Source: Anaerolineae bacterium (GTDB lineage: Bacteria > Chloroflexota > Anaerolineae > Aggregatilineales > Phototrophicaceae). Taken from it: DNA of 64,000 bases. The position numbers and the translations under genes are program-made. Below the pieces are notes generated by a model. It worked only from the letters and a program-made list of their open reading frames with translations. It made no database searches and was not told the origin of the DNA. The stretch spans positions 37,837-101,836 of the forward strand of contig JAEURA010000254.1 in assembly GCA_016789005.1 (NCBI GenBank). Reading direction: 5' to 3'. Below, in pieces: positions 19,033-29,988 of the stretch. Within the stretch, counting starts at the first letter, position 1. Each line of letters opens with the position of its first letter.

Positions 19033-20568
19033 ATGCTGGCAATAGTCCGTGCTTGCGCCATCGTGGGGATTGAAGGACAAATCGTCGATGTCGAAGTGGA
19101 CTTCAACCCTCGTGCGGCGCTGCCCAATTTTACAATCGTCGGTCTGCCGGACAGCGCAGTGCGCGAAAGCAGGGAGCGGGTGCGCGCAGCGATCAAGAAC
19201 AGCGCGCTGAGCTTCCCCAATAAATCCTACGTCGTCAACCTGAGTCCGGCGGACTTGTTGAAGCAGGGACCTGCCTACGATCTGAGCGTTGCCGTCGGCG
19301 TCCTCGCCGCCACCGACCAGGTTCCGCTGGAATCGCTGGACGGCACGCTGTTCGTCGGGGAGCTTTCTCTCGATGGTTCGGTGCGCCACGTCAAAGGGGT
19401 GATGTCGATGACCCTGGCGGCAGCGGCTGCAGAGATCAAGACGATCTTCGTGCCTCTGGAAGATGTTTACGAGGCGGCGCTGGTCGAAGGCATCGACGTG
19501 ATCCCGGTGAGTTCACTGGGGCAGCTGGTCGAGCATCTGTACAAGCTCGCGCCGATTCCACCCTTCACCGTCGATGCCGACCAACTGCTGCGCGCCGACG
19601 GGGCTCTGCCCGCAGGACTGACCGACTTCGCCGACATTCGCGGGCAGGAGATGGCGAAGCGGGCGCTGGAGATCGCCGCGGCGGGCAACCATAACCTGCG
19701 TATGAGTGGTCCGCCGGGGTCGGGCAAGACTCTGCTGGCGCGCGCCCTGCCGGGAATTCTGCCCTATCTTTCACTCGACGAGGCACTGGAGGTCACGCGC
19801 ATCTACTCCGTCGCCGACATGCTGCCGGGCGACCGCTCGCTGATGCGCGTCCGCCCTTTCCGCGCGCCCCATCACACCATCAGCCAGGCGGGCATGGTCG
19901 GCGGCGGGACCATCCCCCGCCCCGGCGAGGTAACGCTGGCGCATCGCGGCGTCCTCTTCCTGGATGAAGTCAACGAGCATGGGCAGCACACGCTTGAGGC
20001 GCTGCGCCAGCCCATCGAGGACAAGATCGTCACCATCAGCCGCGCCAGGGGCGCGCTGACCTTCCCTGCCAATTTCCTGCTCGTGCTGGCACATAACCCC
20101 TGTCCGTGCGGCTTCTTTGGCGACCCGGTCAAGCCGTGCAGCTGCACCCCTGCGATGATCGCCCGTTATCAGGGCAAACTCTCCGGTCCCCTGCTCGACC
20201 GCATCGACATTCACATCGACGTGCCGCGCGTGGAGTATGACAAGCTGCTGGGGAATGAGCGCGCTGAGACATCGGCGCAGGTGCGGAATCGGATCGAGGC
20301 GGCGAGAGCACGCCAGCGGGGGCGCTTCGCCGGGAGCGGATTGGTCGCCAATGCCGACATGGGGGTGAGCGAGATTCAGGCGTTCTGTGCCCTCAAACCG
20401 GACGCCAAGCAGATGCTCGACATCGCCGTGCGCCGCATGAACCTGAGCGCCCGGTCCTACCACCGCGTCGTCAAGCTCAGCCGAACGATTGCCGATCTCG
20501 CCGACTGCGACCTGATTCAGGTCGAGCATGTCGCGGAAGCCATCCAGTATCGCCCGAAGATGCAGTGA
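19033..20568 (+). CDS. comM: YifB/ComM Mg-chelatase-like AAA+ ATPase
   Basis: VGLPDSAVRESRERV, GPPGSGKT, PFRAPHHT, PGEVTLAHRGVLFLDE, SGPLLDRID, LSARSYHR. Confidence 0.93.
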   Translation: MLAIVRACAIVGIEGQIVDVEVDFNPRAALPNFTIVGLPDSAVRESRERVRAAIKNSALSFPNKSYVVNLSPADLLKQGPAYDLSVAVGVLAATDQVPLESLDGTLFVGELSLDGSVRHVKGVMSMTLAAAAAEIKTIFVPLEDVYEAALVEGIDVIPVSSLGQLVEHLYKLAPIPPFTVDADQLLRADGALPAGLTDFADIRGQEMAKRALEIAAAGNHNLRMSGPPGSGKTLLARALPGILPYLSLDEALEVTRIYSVADMLPGDRSLMRVRPFRAPHHTISQAGMVGGGTIPRPGEVTLAHRGVLFLDEVNEHGQHTLEALRQPIEDKIVTISRARGALTFPANFLLVLAHNPCPCGFFGDPVKPCSCTPAMIARYQGKLSGPLLDRIDIHIDVPRVEYDKLLGNERAETSAQVRNRIEAARARQRGRFAGSGLVANADMGVSEIQAFCALKPDAKQMLDIAVRRMNLSARSYHRVVKLSRTIADLADCDLIQVEHVAEAIQYRPKMQ

Positions 20569-20675
20569 TCGCCTGGCGCTATCGTCAGGCTTTGGGGGAC
20601 CAGATGGGGCGTCCTGGGCGACGCCCCTCATCGTAAGAGTTCTGAGACCGGGTTCAGCCCAGTGACGCGGAGGCA

Positions 20676-21776
20676 TCAATCGCCGAGGTTGATCCCCAGG
20701 TTGCGCGCCGTCTCGATCCAGGGATGATCCAGCGGCACGGTCTTGCGCTTGCCGACGACCTCTTCCAGCGGCACTGGCTCGGTCGAATCGCCGCGCGCCG
20801 CAACCATGACGCCAAAAATGCCCTCATTGATGTAGCGAGCGCACGCCGCCCCCAACCGAGTCGCAAGCAGGCGGTCGGCTGGCGACGGAATACCGCCCCG
20901 CTGAACGTGACCCAGGATCGTCACGCGCGACTCCAAACCGGTCAGCCCTTCTAACTGCTGTGTGAGCTTCTGAGTGCTGTTCAGGCGCTCCGCTTCCAGC
21001 GCTTCCAGTTCCGCTTTGACTTCCTTTCCCTTGCCGTTCTTGCTGGCAGCCACGATTCGCTCGTGCAGCTCCTGCGGCACCGCCCCTTCCGAGACGGCGA
21101 CAATGCTGAAGCCCTTGCCATCGCGCACCCGCTGGCGGATCGAGGTCGCCACCTGCTCGGCGCTGTAGGGGATCTCAGGAATCAGGATGACATCAGCCCC
21201 GCCGGCGATTCCCGCGCCCAACGCCAACCAACCGGCGTTGTGTCCCATCACTTCGACCACAATGATGCGGTGATGGCTGTGCGCAGTGCTGTGCAGGCGG
21301 TCGATTGCCTCGGTGGCGATGGTCAGCGCCGTGTCATAGCCGAAGGTGATATCGGTCATCGCCACGTCGTTGTCGATAGTCTTCGGCAGCGTGATGATAT
21401 TCAGGCCCTGTTTCATCAGGTGATATGCGTTCTTCGCCGTGCCGCCGCCGCCCAGGCAGACCAGCGCGTCCAGATGATGGTTGTGATAGGTCTCTACCAT
21501 CACGTCGGTCATGTCCATCATCTTGCTGCCGATGGGCATCTTCTGCGGTTTGTCGCGGCTCGTCCCCAGGATTGTCCCGCCAATGGTGAGGATTCCCGAA
21601 AGCGCAGCGCTGTTCAGGGTCACCGTCCGGTTTTCCATCAAGCCCCGAAAACCGTCACGAAAACCGATGATCTGCATCCCATAGGCATTCAGCCCCGCTT
21701 TGCCCACCCCGCGAATCGCTGCGTTCAAGCCAGGACTATCGCCGCCCGCCGTCAAGATTCCTATGTACTGGGTCAT
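20676..21776 (-). CDS. pfkA: 6-phosphofructokinase (PfkA family)
   Basis: [43 protein letters not shown]. Confidence 0.9.
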   Translation of the reverse strand: MTQYIGILTAGGDSPGLNAAIRGVGKAGLNAYGMQIIGFRDGFRGLMENRTVTLNSAALSGILTIGGTILGTSRDKPQKMPIGSKMMDMTDVMVETYHNHHLDALVCLGGGGTAKNAYHLMKQGLNIITLPKTIDNDVAMTDITFGYDTALTIATEAIDRLHSTAHSHHRIIVVEVMGHNAGWLALGAGIAGGADVILIPEIPYSAEQVATSIRQRVRDGKGFSIVAVSEGAVPQELHERIVAASKNGKGKEVKAELEALEAERLNSTQKLTQQLEGLTGLESRVTILGHVQRGGIPSPADRLLATRLGAACARYINEGIFGVMVAARGDSTEPVPLEEVVGKRKTVPLDHPWIETARNLGINLGD

Positions 21777-21880
21777 GATCGTACTCTCTTCGTTATTCGC
21801 CTGCATTGATGATAACACTTTGCCGGCTCCCGCCGACACAAGACGCCAGGCAGGCGCAAATTGAACAGAGCCGGCACACC

Positions 21881-22690
21881 CTACGCCAGCAGGTCCCGCC
21901 TCTGGAAGGCGATGATCGCCAATCCGAGCATCACGAGCGAAATCACGCTCAGCACGGCGAAATCGCCCCAGCGGATACCATCAACCATGATCGGCACCGC
22001 GCGGTGATACGTGAAGATGGACAAATACTTGACCGTGCCCAGCGTATCCGCAGCGACCTGCGCGAGATTGGTCAACATGTACGATCCGATAATGATCACC
22101 CCTGCCAACGCGCCCGCGAGAAAACGCGACCGAAGCGTTGTCGCAAGCAGCAGCGCCAGCGCCGCCATTACGACCAGGATGGGCAGCATGGCGAGAGAAC
22201 CCGCTGCGACACTGCCGAGTGGCACGTCCATCTCCGGGGTGATCAGTACGCCGAAGACACCAAAGACGAAGTTGATCGACAGGAGCAGCCCGGCGATGAC
22301 GATGATGGCGAGGAACTTCTCGACGACAAGCTGCCAGCGTGGGGTGGGTGTGCTCAGCAGCAAATCGATGGTGCTGCGGTCTTCCTCCAATGCGGTCACG
22401 CCCAATCCAAGAAGCACCATGTAGATGGCGATGTACAGCGGAACGAACATGACCACGTAGATGCCGAAGAAACCTGCGGGCGTCATGAAAGCTGCTGCAT
22501 CAGCAGCCTCGCCAAGCAATGCCTTGTAGATCGGCGACTCCAGCAGCTCCCCAAAGCCGCCAAACGCTTTCATCGTGGGAAACAGCAGCACCACGAACAG
22601 CGTGACGGACCCTACGGCAATCCCCCAACCGATGATTCCCCATCGCGCATCGCGAAGGGCGCGTCTGAAAATGACTCCCACGCTCGTCAT
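21881..22690 (-). CDS. ABC-2 type exporter permease
   Basis: About 6 TM helices; [24 protein letters not shown] motif. Confidence 0.85.
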   Translation of the reverse strand: MTSVGVIFRRALRDARWGIIGWGIAVGSVTLFVVLLFPTMKAFGGFGELLESPIYKALLGEAADAAAFMTPAGFFGIYVVMFVPLYIAIYMVLLGLGVTALEEDRSTIDLLLSTPTPRWQLVVEKFLAIIVIAGLLLSINFVFGVFGVLITPEMDVPLGSVAAGSLAMLPILVVMAALALLLATTLRSRFLAGALAGVIIIGSYMLTNLAQVAADTLGTVKYLSIFTYHRAVPIMVDGIRWGDFAVLSVISLVMLGLAIIAFQRRDLLA

Positions 22691-23658
22691 GACTTCTTCT
22701 CCCCGTAATATTCCAGGAAGATATCTTCAAGATCGGGTTCGACATACTCCATGTCGATCACGTGATATCCCGCAGCCGTCTTGATGACAGCATCGAGTTC
22801 GCCCGTGACTCGGAAGCGGACGCCGCCGTTTTCGACTTTGACATCCGAAACACCCGGCAGCCGCGCGAATGCCGTCTGCACTGCGAGGTGGTTTTCTACG
22901 TCGGCAAGGTGCAAGGTCATCCAGCGGAAACGAACACTCTTCAGCTCGCTGATGCGCTGAATCGTCTCCAGTTTGCCATCGCGCAGGATGCCCACGCGAT
23001 CACAAATGTGCTCGACCTCCGGAAGGACGTGAGACGACATGAACACCGTCCGTCCTTCATCACGCACTTCCTGCATCATTTTCTGAAACGTCTGCTGTAC
23101 AAGCGGATCCAAGCCGTTCGTCGGCTCGTCGAGGATCAGCACTGCCGGCTTGTGCATCAATGCCTGGAGGAGTCCCAGTTTTCGCTTCATGCCAGAGGAG
23201 TAATCGCCCACCTTGCGGGTCATATCGAGCGCCAGTCGTTCGGCAAGCTCGCCGGCGTAGGCGCGCGGAACATCGCCTCGCAGCCCGCCCAGATACTCCA
23301 CAACATCCCAGCCGGTCAGGCTGCGCCACAAGCCCAGTTCACCAGGAAGGTTGCCGATCTGCCGGTGCACGGCGGCGCTCTGGCGATGAACATCCATGCC
23401 AAGGATTTGTGCGTGTCCGGCGGTCGGGCGTATCAGGTCGAGGAGCAGCCGAATGGTGGTCGTTTTGCCAGCGCCATTGGGTCCAAGATAACCGAAGATC
23501 TCGCCGCGAAAGATGTCAAACCCGAGGTCGTGAACCGCCGGTGTCTTCCCGTAGTACTTGGTCAGTCGTTCCACATGGATAACCACGTTGCCGCTGTTCA
23601 AGATGGGCGCCTTTCTGGGTCTTGCTATGCGGGGCAGCTCCCTAGCTCCACTGGTCAA
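22687..23658 (-). CDS. ABC exporter ATP-binding protein (start probably slightly downstream)
   Basis: GPNGAGKTT, YSSGMKRK, LDEPTNGLD, SSH. Confidence 0.93.
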   Translation of the reverse strand: MTSGARELPRIARPRKAPILNSGNVVIHVERLTKYYGKTPAVHDLGFDIFRGEIFGYLGPNGAGKTTTIRLLLDLIRPTAGHAQILGMDVHRQSAAVHRQIGNLPGELGLWRSLTGWDVVEYLGGLRGDVPRAYAGELAERLALDMTRKVGDYSSGMKRKLGLLQALMHKPAVLILDEPTNGLDPLVQQTFQKMMQEVRDEGRTVFMSSHVLPEVEHICDRVGILRDGKLETIQRISELKSVRFRWMTLHLADVENHLAVQTAFARLPGVSDVKVENGGVRFRVTGELDAVIKTAAGYHVIDMEYVEPDLEDIFLEYYGEKKS

Positions 23659-23916
23659 TTACACTGATTCAACTATAAGCCTGAAGGCGGCTGGAGAAGG
23701 AATTTCCCCTCGGATTTGGGGGATGACGCAAGCGTGCAACGCAAGGGCGAGGACCACCTCGGCGTATCTATTGCCCGAAAACCGAAGATGCATATAATTG
23801 AGATAACGTTAACATGTCGGCGCGCTCTGCATTGTGCGCAGATCAGGAGGTGACGCAGACTTCAACTGGCAGTGATGGTGAAAATTTGCCATTGTGGCAT
23901 CAAGCTGGAGGAAAAC

Positions 23917-25584
23917 GTGAAACGTTCAACGTGTTTGAGCCTCTTAGCCCTTCTCCTCGTCCTGGCGCTCGGTGTTAGCATCGTCGCCGCGCAGGACACC
24001 TTCATGGGTAAAACTGCCGAAGAACTCTTTCCGGGTGCAGCCGACGATCAGGAACGCGCCTCTGCCATGGCTGCCCTTCTCGCTGCCAATCTGCCCGACG
24101 CCACCAGCCGCTTCGCCGGACAAACTCTGACGGTCTCAGTTCAGCAGGCGGGCGCACGCGGCGGCATCTCTGGTCCCTACTACTTCTGGCGTGAAGCCTT
24201 CCAGGCGGCAACCGGCGCAACCCTCGAAATCGTCGAAATTCCGCAAGCCCAATACTATTCAACGACCTCGGCGGACTTCCTGACGAGCCAGAACAGCTAC
24301 GACGTGATGAACATCGGCGCGTGGTTCCTTGCCGACTATGTGGTGAACGGTTGGGTACAGCCTATCGACGCCTTCTTTGAACAAGAAGGTTTCCCGACCT
24401 GGGAGCGCGACGCTGTCTTCCCCTCGCTGGCAAACCTGATGAAATGGGACGGACAGTGGTACGGCGCGCTGAACGACGGCGACGCCCAGATGCTCTACTA
24501 CCGCAAGGATATCCTCACCGACCCAACATGGCAGGAAGCCTTCAAGGCGGAAACCGGCATGGACATGCCTGTTCCGCCAACCACCTGGCAGGAACTCCTG
24601 GCGGTGACCCGCTTCTTCAACGGCAAAGACTGGAACGCCGATGGCGATCCTGATGATGGCATCAGCCTGCACCTACGCACCGGCGGTCAGGGCATGTTCC
24701 ACTTCATGTCCCTATCCGCGCCTTTCGCCATCACGCCCGCTGATGGTGACGACATCGGCAGGATCACCAAGTTCGACAACGTCTATTGGTTCGACCCGGA
24801 CGATCTGACGCCCTTGATCAACCAGCCAGGTCACGTCAAGGCGCTGGAATTCCTGAAGGAATTGGCAGCGACTGGCTCGACGGCGCAGTTCGGTTGGGAA
24901 CTCGCCGAAGCGTGGGCGAACTTCCTGAATGGCAATGCGATCGCCACGTTTTCCTGGGGCGATGTCGGCTCCCTGGCGGAGGACCCCAGCCGGTCGGTGA
25001 TTCAGGGCAAGCTCGGCGGCGCGCGCATCCCCTGCTCTGAAGTGTGGTACGACCGCGAGGCGGGCGCTTTCGTGGAAGACGCCGAAAACCCCAACTGCGT
25101 CGGCAATACGACAGGCGGCTCGTGGTATCCGATCATGTCGGCATTTACCGATACGCCGGAACTTGCCTACTACTTTATGGCGATGCAGGCTTCGCAGCCG
25201 ATCAACTTCTGGAACGTCTACTACGGCTGGACCGGCGTTGACCCCGGCGCGACCTATGACGTGTTCCCGCCCACCGGCACGGCGAGCGTCGAAGATTACG
25301 TCAGTGCAGGATACAACGCCGACGATGCGCTCGAATACATCACCGGTTACGGTGACAATTTCTTCAGCCACCCGATCTATCAGACTTATCTGCGCATCCC
25401 CGGCACGGAGACGATGTGGACGATCCTGGATACTCGTCTGGGGCAAGCCATGATCGATGAACTGCCGCCGCAGGAAGCTCTGGATCTCGTCGCCCAGGAA
25501 TGGGACCAGGTCAACAACGACCTTGGACGGGCTGAACAGCTTAGCGTCTACCAGGCGGGCATCGGCTACACGCCAGGCGGATAA
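23917..25584 (+). CDS. Sugar ABC transporter substrate-binding protein
   Basis: GGAGG RBS with GTG start, signal peptide, LYYRKD motif; followed by two permeases. Confidence 0.88.
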   Translation: MKRSTCLSLLALLLVLALGVSIVAAQDTFMGKTAEELFPGAADDQERASAMAALLAANLPDATSRFAGQTLTVSVQQAGARGGISGPYYFWREAFQAATGATLEIVEIPQAQYYSTTSADFLTSQNSYDVMNIGAWFLADYVVNGWVQPIDAFFEQEGFPTWERDAVFPSLANLMKWDGQWYGALNDGDAQMLYYRKDILTDPTWQEAFKAETGMDMPVPPTTWQELLAVTRFFNGKDWNADGDPDDGISLHLRTGGQGMFHFMSLSAPFAITPADGDDIGRITKFDNVYWFDPDDLTPLINQPGHVKALEFLKELAATGSTAQFGWELAEAWANFLNGNAIATFSWGDVGSLAEDPSRSVIQGKLGGARIPCSEVWYDREAGAFVEDAENPNCVGNTTGGSWYPIMSAFTDTPELAYYFMAMQASQPINFWNVYYGWTGVDPGATYDVFPPTGTASVEDYVSAGYNADDALEYITGYGDNFFSHPIYQTYLRIPGTETMWTILDTRLGQAMIDELPPQEALDLVAQEWDQVNNDLGRAEQLSVYQAGIGYTPGG

Positions 25585-25626
25585 GCGCGGTTTGCCATAT
25601 CTGCTGGCGAAATAGAAATCCTGGAC

Positions 25627-25653
25627 TGGGGAGAGGCGCTTGTCCTCTCCCCA
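25627..25653 (+). terminator. Hairpin after SBP gene (terminator or mRNA-stabilising element)
   Basis: TGGGGAGAGG / CCTCTCCCCA 10-bp stem followed by a T-rich tract. Confidence 0.65.
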
Positions 25654-25689
25654 ATTTCGTTTTGAAAAGTCGTTGATGGGTGAGATGCG

Positions 25690-26562
25690 ATGTACAAGAA
25701 GAATCGTGCCCGCTACTTTTTCCTCTTTCCGGGCGTCATCTGGATTCTGGTCTTCACGATCTTCCCGCTCATTTTTTCGCTGTATCTGAGCTTCACCAAT
25801 GCCAACATGCGAAACTTCACGCGGGCAACCTGGAACTTCGTCGGCTTCGATAACTATGCCTCGATCAGCAGTGATCTGCGCATCGGCGACACAGTCAATG
25901 CCACAATCTTCCTGAGCGCCGGCAGCCTCGTCTCCACTCTGCTACTGGGGACGTTCATGGCTTGGCTGTTCAACCATGACATTCCGGGTCTGCGCATCTT
26001 CCGGTCGATTCTGACGATGCCGTTGTTCGCCGCGCCAATCGCCCTGGGCTTCATGGGGTTAATCCTGTTCAACGAGACCAGTGGTTCCATCAACACCATC
26101 ATCCGAGGTCTGGGAGGCGGGGGCGTGCGCTGGATGACCGATCCCTGGTCGGCGCGGACCGCAGTCCTCATCCTGGATACCTGGCAGTGGACGCCATTCG
26201 TCTTCGTCATCATCCTGGCAGCGATGCAGTCCATCCCGGAGGAGTTATACGAAGCTGCCCGACTCGATACCGGTTCCGGTTGGATCATGTTCCGCCGCAT
26301 CACCTTTCCGCTGATCGCGCCGGCGATGGGAACAGTTGCCCTGCTCCGCCTCGTCGAAACGTTCAAAATTCTGGATATTCCCCTCTCCATGCTCGGCGGG
26401 GGACCAGGGGCGGCGACCCAAACCTACTCATACTACGTGTATCTCACCGGTCTCAGGAGCTTCGACATGGGTTACGCCTCGTCGCTGGCATACATTCTCG
26501 TAATCGTGTCGATTATCATCAGCAGCATTTACTTCTGGCGCGTGCGCGCCCGTTTCGAATAG
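25690..26562 (+). CDS. Carbohydrate ABC permease (MalF-like)
   Basis: WQWTPF and EAA motif IPEELYEAARLD. Confidence 0.92.
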   Translation: MYKKNRARYFFLFPGVIWILVFTIFPLIFSLYLSFTNANMRNFTRATWNFVGFDNYASISSDLRIGDTVNATIFLSAGSLVSTLLLGTFMAWLFNHDIPGLRIFRSILTMPLFAAPIALGFMGLILFNETSGSINTIIRGLGGGGVRWMTDPWSARTAVLILDTWQWTPFVFVIILAAMQSIPEELYEAARLDTGSGWIMFRRITFPLIAPAMGTVALLRLVETFKILDIPLSMLGGGPGAATQTYSYYVYLTGLRSFDMGYASSLAYILVIVSIIISSIYFWRVRARFE

Positions 26563-26581
26563 AGCCGAAGGAGCCGGTTGA

Positions 26582-27472
26582 ATGGCTACTACGAACAAGG
26601 AAGCCGCCTTGCGTCCATCACACGTCACTTCGATCGGACAATCGCGGCTGACGCGCATCTTTATCTGGGCAGCGGTGATTGCAGCGGTGATCTGGGTCCT
26701 CTATCCATTCATCTGGGCGGTCATCACCTCTTTCAAAACCCAGCGAGAGGCGCTGGAACCGACCATCATTCCGTTCCTTCAGTTCCAACCGAGCCTGGAG
26801 AACTGGTCGGCAGAACTCGGCTTGGGCGCGCGTGAGACAACGCTGGCACTCGGCAACAGCATCGCCATCGCTGTTGGTGCAACTATCGTGGCGACGGTCC
26901 TGGGCACACTGACCGGCTACGCGCTGGCACGCTTCCGCTTCGGCATCGGCAACCGCAACATCGTGTCGTGGGTTCTGTCTCAGCGTTTTCTTCCTCCTGT
27001 TGCCACGCTGATCCCCTTCTTCCTGGTCCTTCAGCGGCTTCAGATGATTGACACGGTTCCTGGGTTGATCGTCGTCAATGCCACGTTCACGCTGCCCTTC
27101 GCTATCCTGATCATGCGTGATTTCTTCGCCGACTTCCCGGAGGAAATCGAGGAAGCCGCACTGGTCGATGGCGCAAACCCTCTACAAATCTTCGTGCGGG
27201 TTGCGCTGCCTCTGGCGACCCCTGCCATCACGGCGGCGGCTATCATCTGCTTCGCCTTCGCCTGGAACGAGTATCTTTTCGCCAGTGTCATGGCTCCCAA
27301 GGATGCCAAACCGTACACCTTCCTGGTCGCCAGCACCAGCACCGTCCGAGGCGTGCATTTCGGTTATCTGGCGACGCGCATGTTGATCGCCATTACGCTT
27401 CCGGTCGTCCTGTCCCTTTTCGTGCAGCGCTACATCGTGCGTGGGCTGTCTTTGGGCGCCGTCAAGGGTTGA
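26582..27472 (+). CDS. Carbohydrate ABC permease (MalG-like)
   Basis: EIEEAALVDGA, AWNEYLF, GLSLGAVKG. Confidence 0.92.
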   Translation: MATTNKEAALRPSHVTSIGQSRLTRIFIWAAVIAAVIWVLYPFIWAVITSFKTQREALEPTIIPFLQFQPSLENWSAELGLGARETTLALGNSIAIAVGATIVATVLGTLTGYALARFRFGIGNRNIVSWVLSQRFLPPVATLIPFFLVLQRLQMIDTVPGLIVVNATFTLPFAILIMRDFFADFPEEIEEAALVDGANPLQIFVRVALPLATPAITAAAIICFAFAWNEYLFASVMAPKDAKPYTFLVASTSTVRGVHFGYLATRMLIAITLPVVLSLFVQRYIVRGLSLGAVKG

Positions 27473-27577
27473 AAACCGGACGCCACCGTGTGGGGCATGG
27501 GCGAAAGATTCGATCTTCACCCGAACTGAGGGATAATATGCTCATGCATCAAGACATCCGTTCCCCGGAGAGACTCC

Positions 27578-29224
27578 ATGACTGCGCTCAGTAGTTCGCC
27601 CATCTGGAACCGTTTGCAGGAACATCATCAGGCGATGCGCGCCGTCCACATGCGCGAACTCTTCGCACAGGATCCGCAGCGCTTTGAGCACTTCTCGCTT
27701 CGCTATGGGGATATGCTCTTCGACTATTCCAAAAACCGCATCACCGCCGAAACGCTGACTCTGCTGCTCGAGCTGGCGCGTGAAGCCGGCTTGCCTGCCC
27801 GCATCGAAGCCATGTTCTCAGGGTCAAAGATCAACGTTACCGAGAACCGCGCCGTGCTGCATGTCGCCCTGCGCAACCGAAGCAGCACCCCCATCCTGGT
27901 CGATGGCGTCGATGTCATGCCGGAAGTCAACCGTGTCCTGGGTAAGATGCGCACCTTCAGCGAAGCGGTGCGTTCCGGGTCATGGCGCGGCTACACCGGC
28001 AAGCCGATCACCGACGTGGTGAATATCGGCATCGGCGGTTCTGACCTGGGACCGAAGATGGTCACGCTGGCGCTGGCGCACTATGCCAAGCCCGATCTGC
28101 ACATGCACTTCGTCTCCAACGTCGATGGCACGGACATCGCCGAAGTCCTGAAGCGGGTCAGCCCCGAAACGACGCTCTTCCTCGTCGCCTCCAAGACCTT
28201 CACGACGCAGGAGACGATGACCAACGCCCACAGCGCGCGCCGCTGGTTCCTGGGCGCCGCCCACGACGAGGCGGCAGTCGCCAAACACTTCGCCGCCCTT
28301 TCCACCAATACCGAAAAGGTCAGAGCCTTCGGCATTGATCCGCAGAACATGTTCGAATTCTGGGATTGGGTCGGCGGACGCTATTCCCTCTGGTCGGCAA
28401 TCGGGCTGTCGATTGCGCTGGCGGTCGGCATGGACAACTTCGAAGCGCTGCTCAGCGGCGCGCACCGTGTCGATCAGCATTTTCGGCAGGCTCCCCTCGA
28501 TCAGAACATCCCGGTCATCATGGCGCTGCTGGGCATCTGGTACAACAATTTCTTCGGCGCGGAGACTGTCGCCATCCTCCCCTATGACCAGTATCTCTCA
28601 CGCTTTCCCGCCTATTTCCAGCAGGGCGATATGGAGAGCAACGGGAAAAGCGTCACGCTGACCGGCGAGCGCGTCGACTACAGCACTGGACCGGTGATCT
28701 GGGGCGAATCGGGGACGAATGGGCAGCACGCCTTCTACCAGCTCATCCATCAGGGCACCAAGCTCATCCCGTGTGACTTCCTCGCTCCGGCGCAAACGCT
28801 CAACCCGCTGGGTGACCATCATCCAATCCTGCTGGCGAATTTCTTCGCCCAGACCGAGGCGTTAATGAAGGGCAAGACGCCCGATGAAGCACGCGCCGAG
28901 CTGATCGCCGCCGGCAACCCGAATCCCCCTGAGCGCCTTGTCGCGGCGAAGACTTTCGAGGGCAACAAGCCTTCGAACTCCATCCTGTTCGAACGGCTGA
29001 CCCCACAGACGCTCGGCGCGCTCATCGCTCTTTACGAACACAAAATCTTCACCCAGGGGATGATCTGGCGGATCAATTCCTTCGACCAGTGGGGTGTCGA
29101 ACTCGGCAAACAGCTCGCCAAAGCCATCGAACCGGAACTCAAAGGCGAGATTCCGGTGACCAGCCACGATTCCTCTACCAACGGGCTGATCAACGCTTAC
29201 AAACGGATGCGTGATGTCCGGTAA
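27578..29224 (+). CDS. pgi: Glucose-6-phosphate isomerase
   Basis: [49 protein letters not shown]. Confidence 0.98.
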   Translation: MTALSSSPIWNRLQEHHQAMRAVHMRELFAQDPQRFEHFSLRYGDMLFDYSKNRITAETLTLLLELAREAGLPARIEAMFSGSKINVTENRAVLHVALRNRSSTPILVDGVDVMPEVNRVLGKMRTFSEAVRSGSWRGYTGKPITDVVNIGIGGSDLGPKMVTLALAHYAKPDLHMHFVSNVDGTDIAEVLKRVSPETTLFLVASKTFTTQETMTNAHSARRWFLGAAHDEAAVAKHFAALSTNTEKVRAFGIDPQNMFEFWDWVGGRYSLWSAIGLSIALAVGMDNFEALLSGAHRVDQHFRQAPLDQNIPVIMALLGIWYNNFFGAETVAILPYDQYLSRFPAYFQQGDMESNGKSVTLTGERVDYSTGPVIWGESGTNGQHAFYQLIHQGTKLIPCDFLAPAQTLNPLGDHHPILLANFFAQTEALMKGKTPDEARAELIAAGNPNPPERLVAAKTFEGNKPSNSILFERLTPQTLGALIALYEHKIFTQGMIWRINSFDQWGVELGKQLAKAIEPELKGEIPVTSHDSSTNGLINAYKRMRDVR

Positions 29225-29254
29225 GTGGACAGCGCGCGGAGCTCAGGCATAGTC

Positions 29255-29968
29255 ATGCTTTACGTCAGCATCGCCCTGATCATTTTCGCCGCCATCCTCA
29301 TCCAGAGCATCGCCGGGTTCGGCGTTGCTCTGGTTGCCATGCCCTTCCTGACCAGCCTGATCGCGCCGGTCGAAGCCAGCACCCTGATGGCGATCACCGC
29401 CGTGCCGCTCCAGATCATCATCCTCCGGCGCTACTGGCACGCGCTGGAAGCGCGTTCCCTCTGGCGTCTGATCCTCGGCGCGGTGGCTGGCATCCCGGTC
29501 GGCGTACTGGCAATCGCCCGGATGGACGAACAGGTCATCCTGTTCATCCTGGGCATCGTCCTGATCGTCTATTCGCTTTACAGTCTGGCGCGCTTCCGCC
29601 TGCCCCCCGTCGAGTCGCCTCGCTGGGGATTCGTATTTGGCTTGGCATCAGGGCTGCTGAGCGGGGCGTTCAATACGGGAGGTCCCCCGCTCGTCGTCTA
29701 TGGGACCGCTCGCGAATGGCGTCCCGACGTCTTCCGCGCCAACCTCCAGCTGCTGCTGATGGTCAACAGCCTCGTCGTCATCATCGCCCATCTCGTCGCC
29801 GGTCACATGACCGAGGCGGTGCTCAGCTACTACGTCGTCACGCTGCCAGTCGTATTCATCGGCACGGCGCTGGGTTTTCGCATCAGCAGTCGCGTCAACG
29901 AGGCGGTATTCCGCCGCGTGGTCCTGGTGCTGCTCCTGTTGATCGGCATACGCCTGCTGTTTCCGTGA
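29255..29968 (+). CDS. TauE/SafE family sulfite/sulfonate exporter
   Basis: IAGFGVAL, GLLSGAFNTGGPPLV, about 7-8 TM helices. Confidence 0.85.
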   Translation: MLYVSIALIIFAAILIQSIAGFGVALVAMPFLTSLIAPVEASTLMAITAVPLQIIILRRYWHALEARSLWRLILGAVAGIPVGVLAIARMDEQVILFILGIVLIVYSLYSLARFRLPPVESPRWGFVFGLASGLLSGAFNTGGPPLVVYGTAREWRPDVFRANLQLLLMVNSLVVIIAHLVAGHMTEAVLSYYVVTLPVVFIGTALGFRISSRVNEAVFRRVVLVLLLLIGIRLLFP

Positions 29969-29988
29969 CGGCAGGCACATGCACTTCC

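Noticed and set aside
21881-27472. ABC-2 exporter and first sugar ABC importer as a novel system
   Set aside because: Ordinary architectures; absence of an importer ATPase is common because MsmK-type ATPases are shared.
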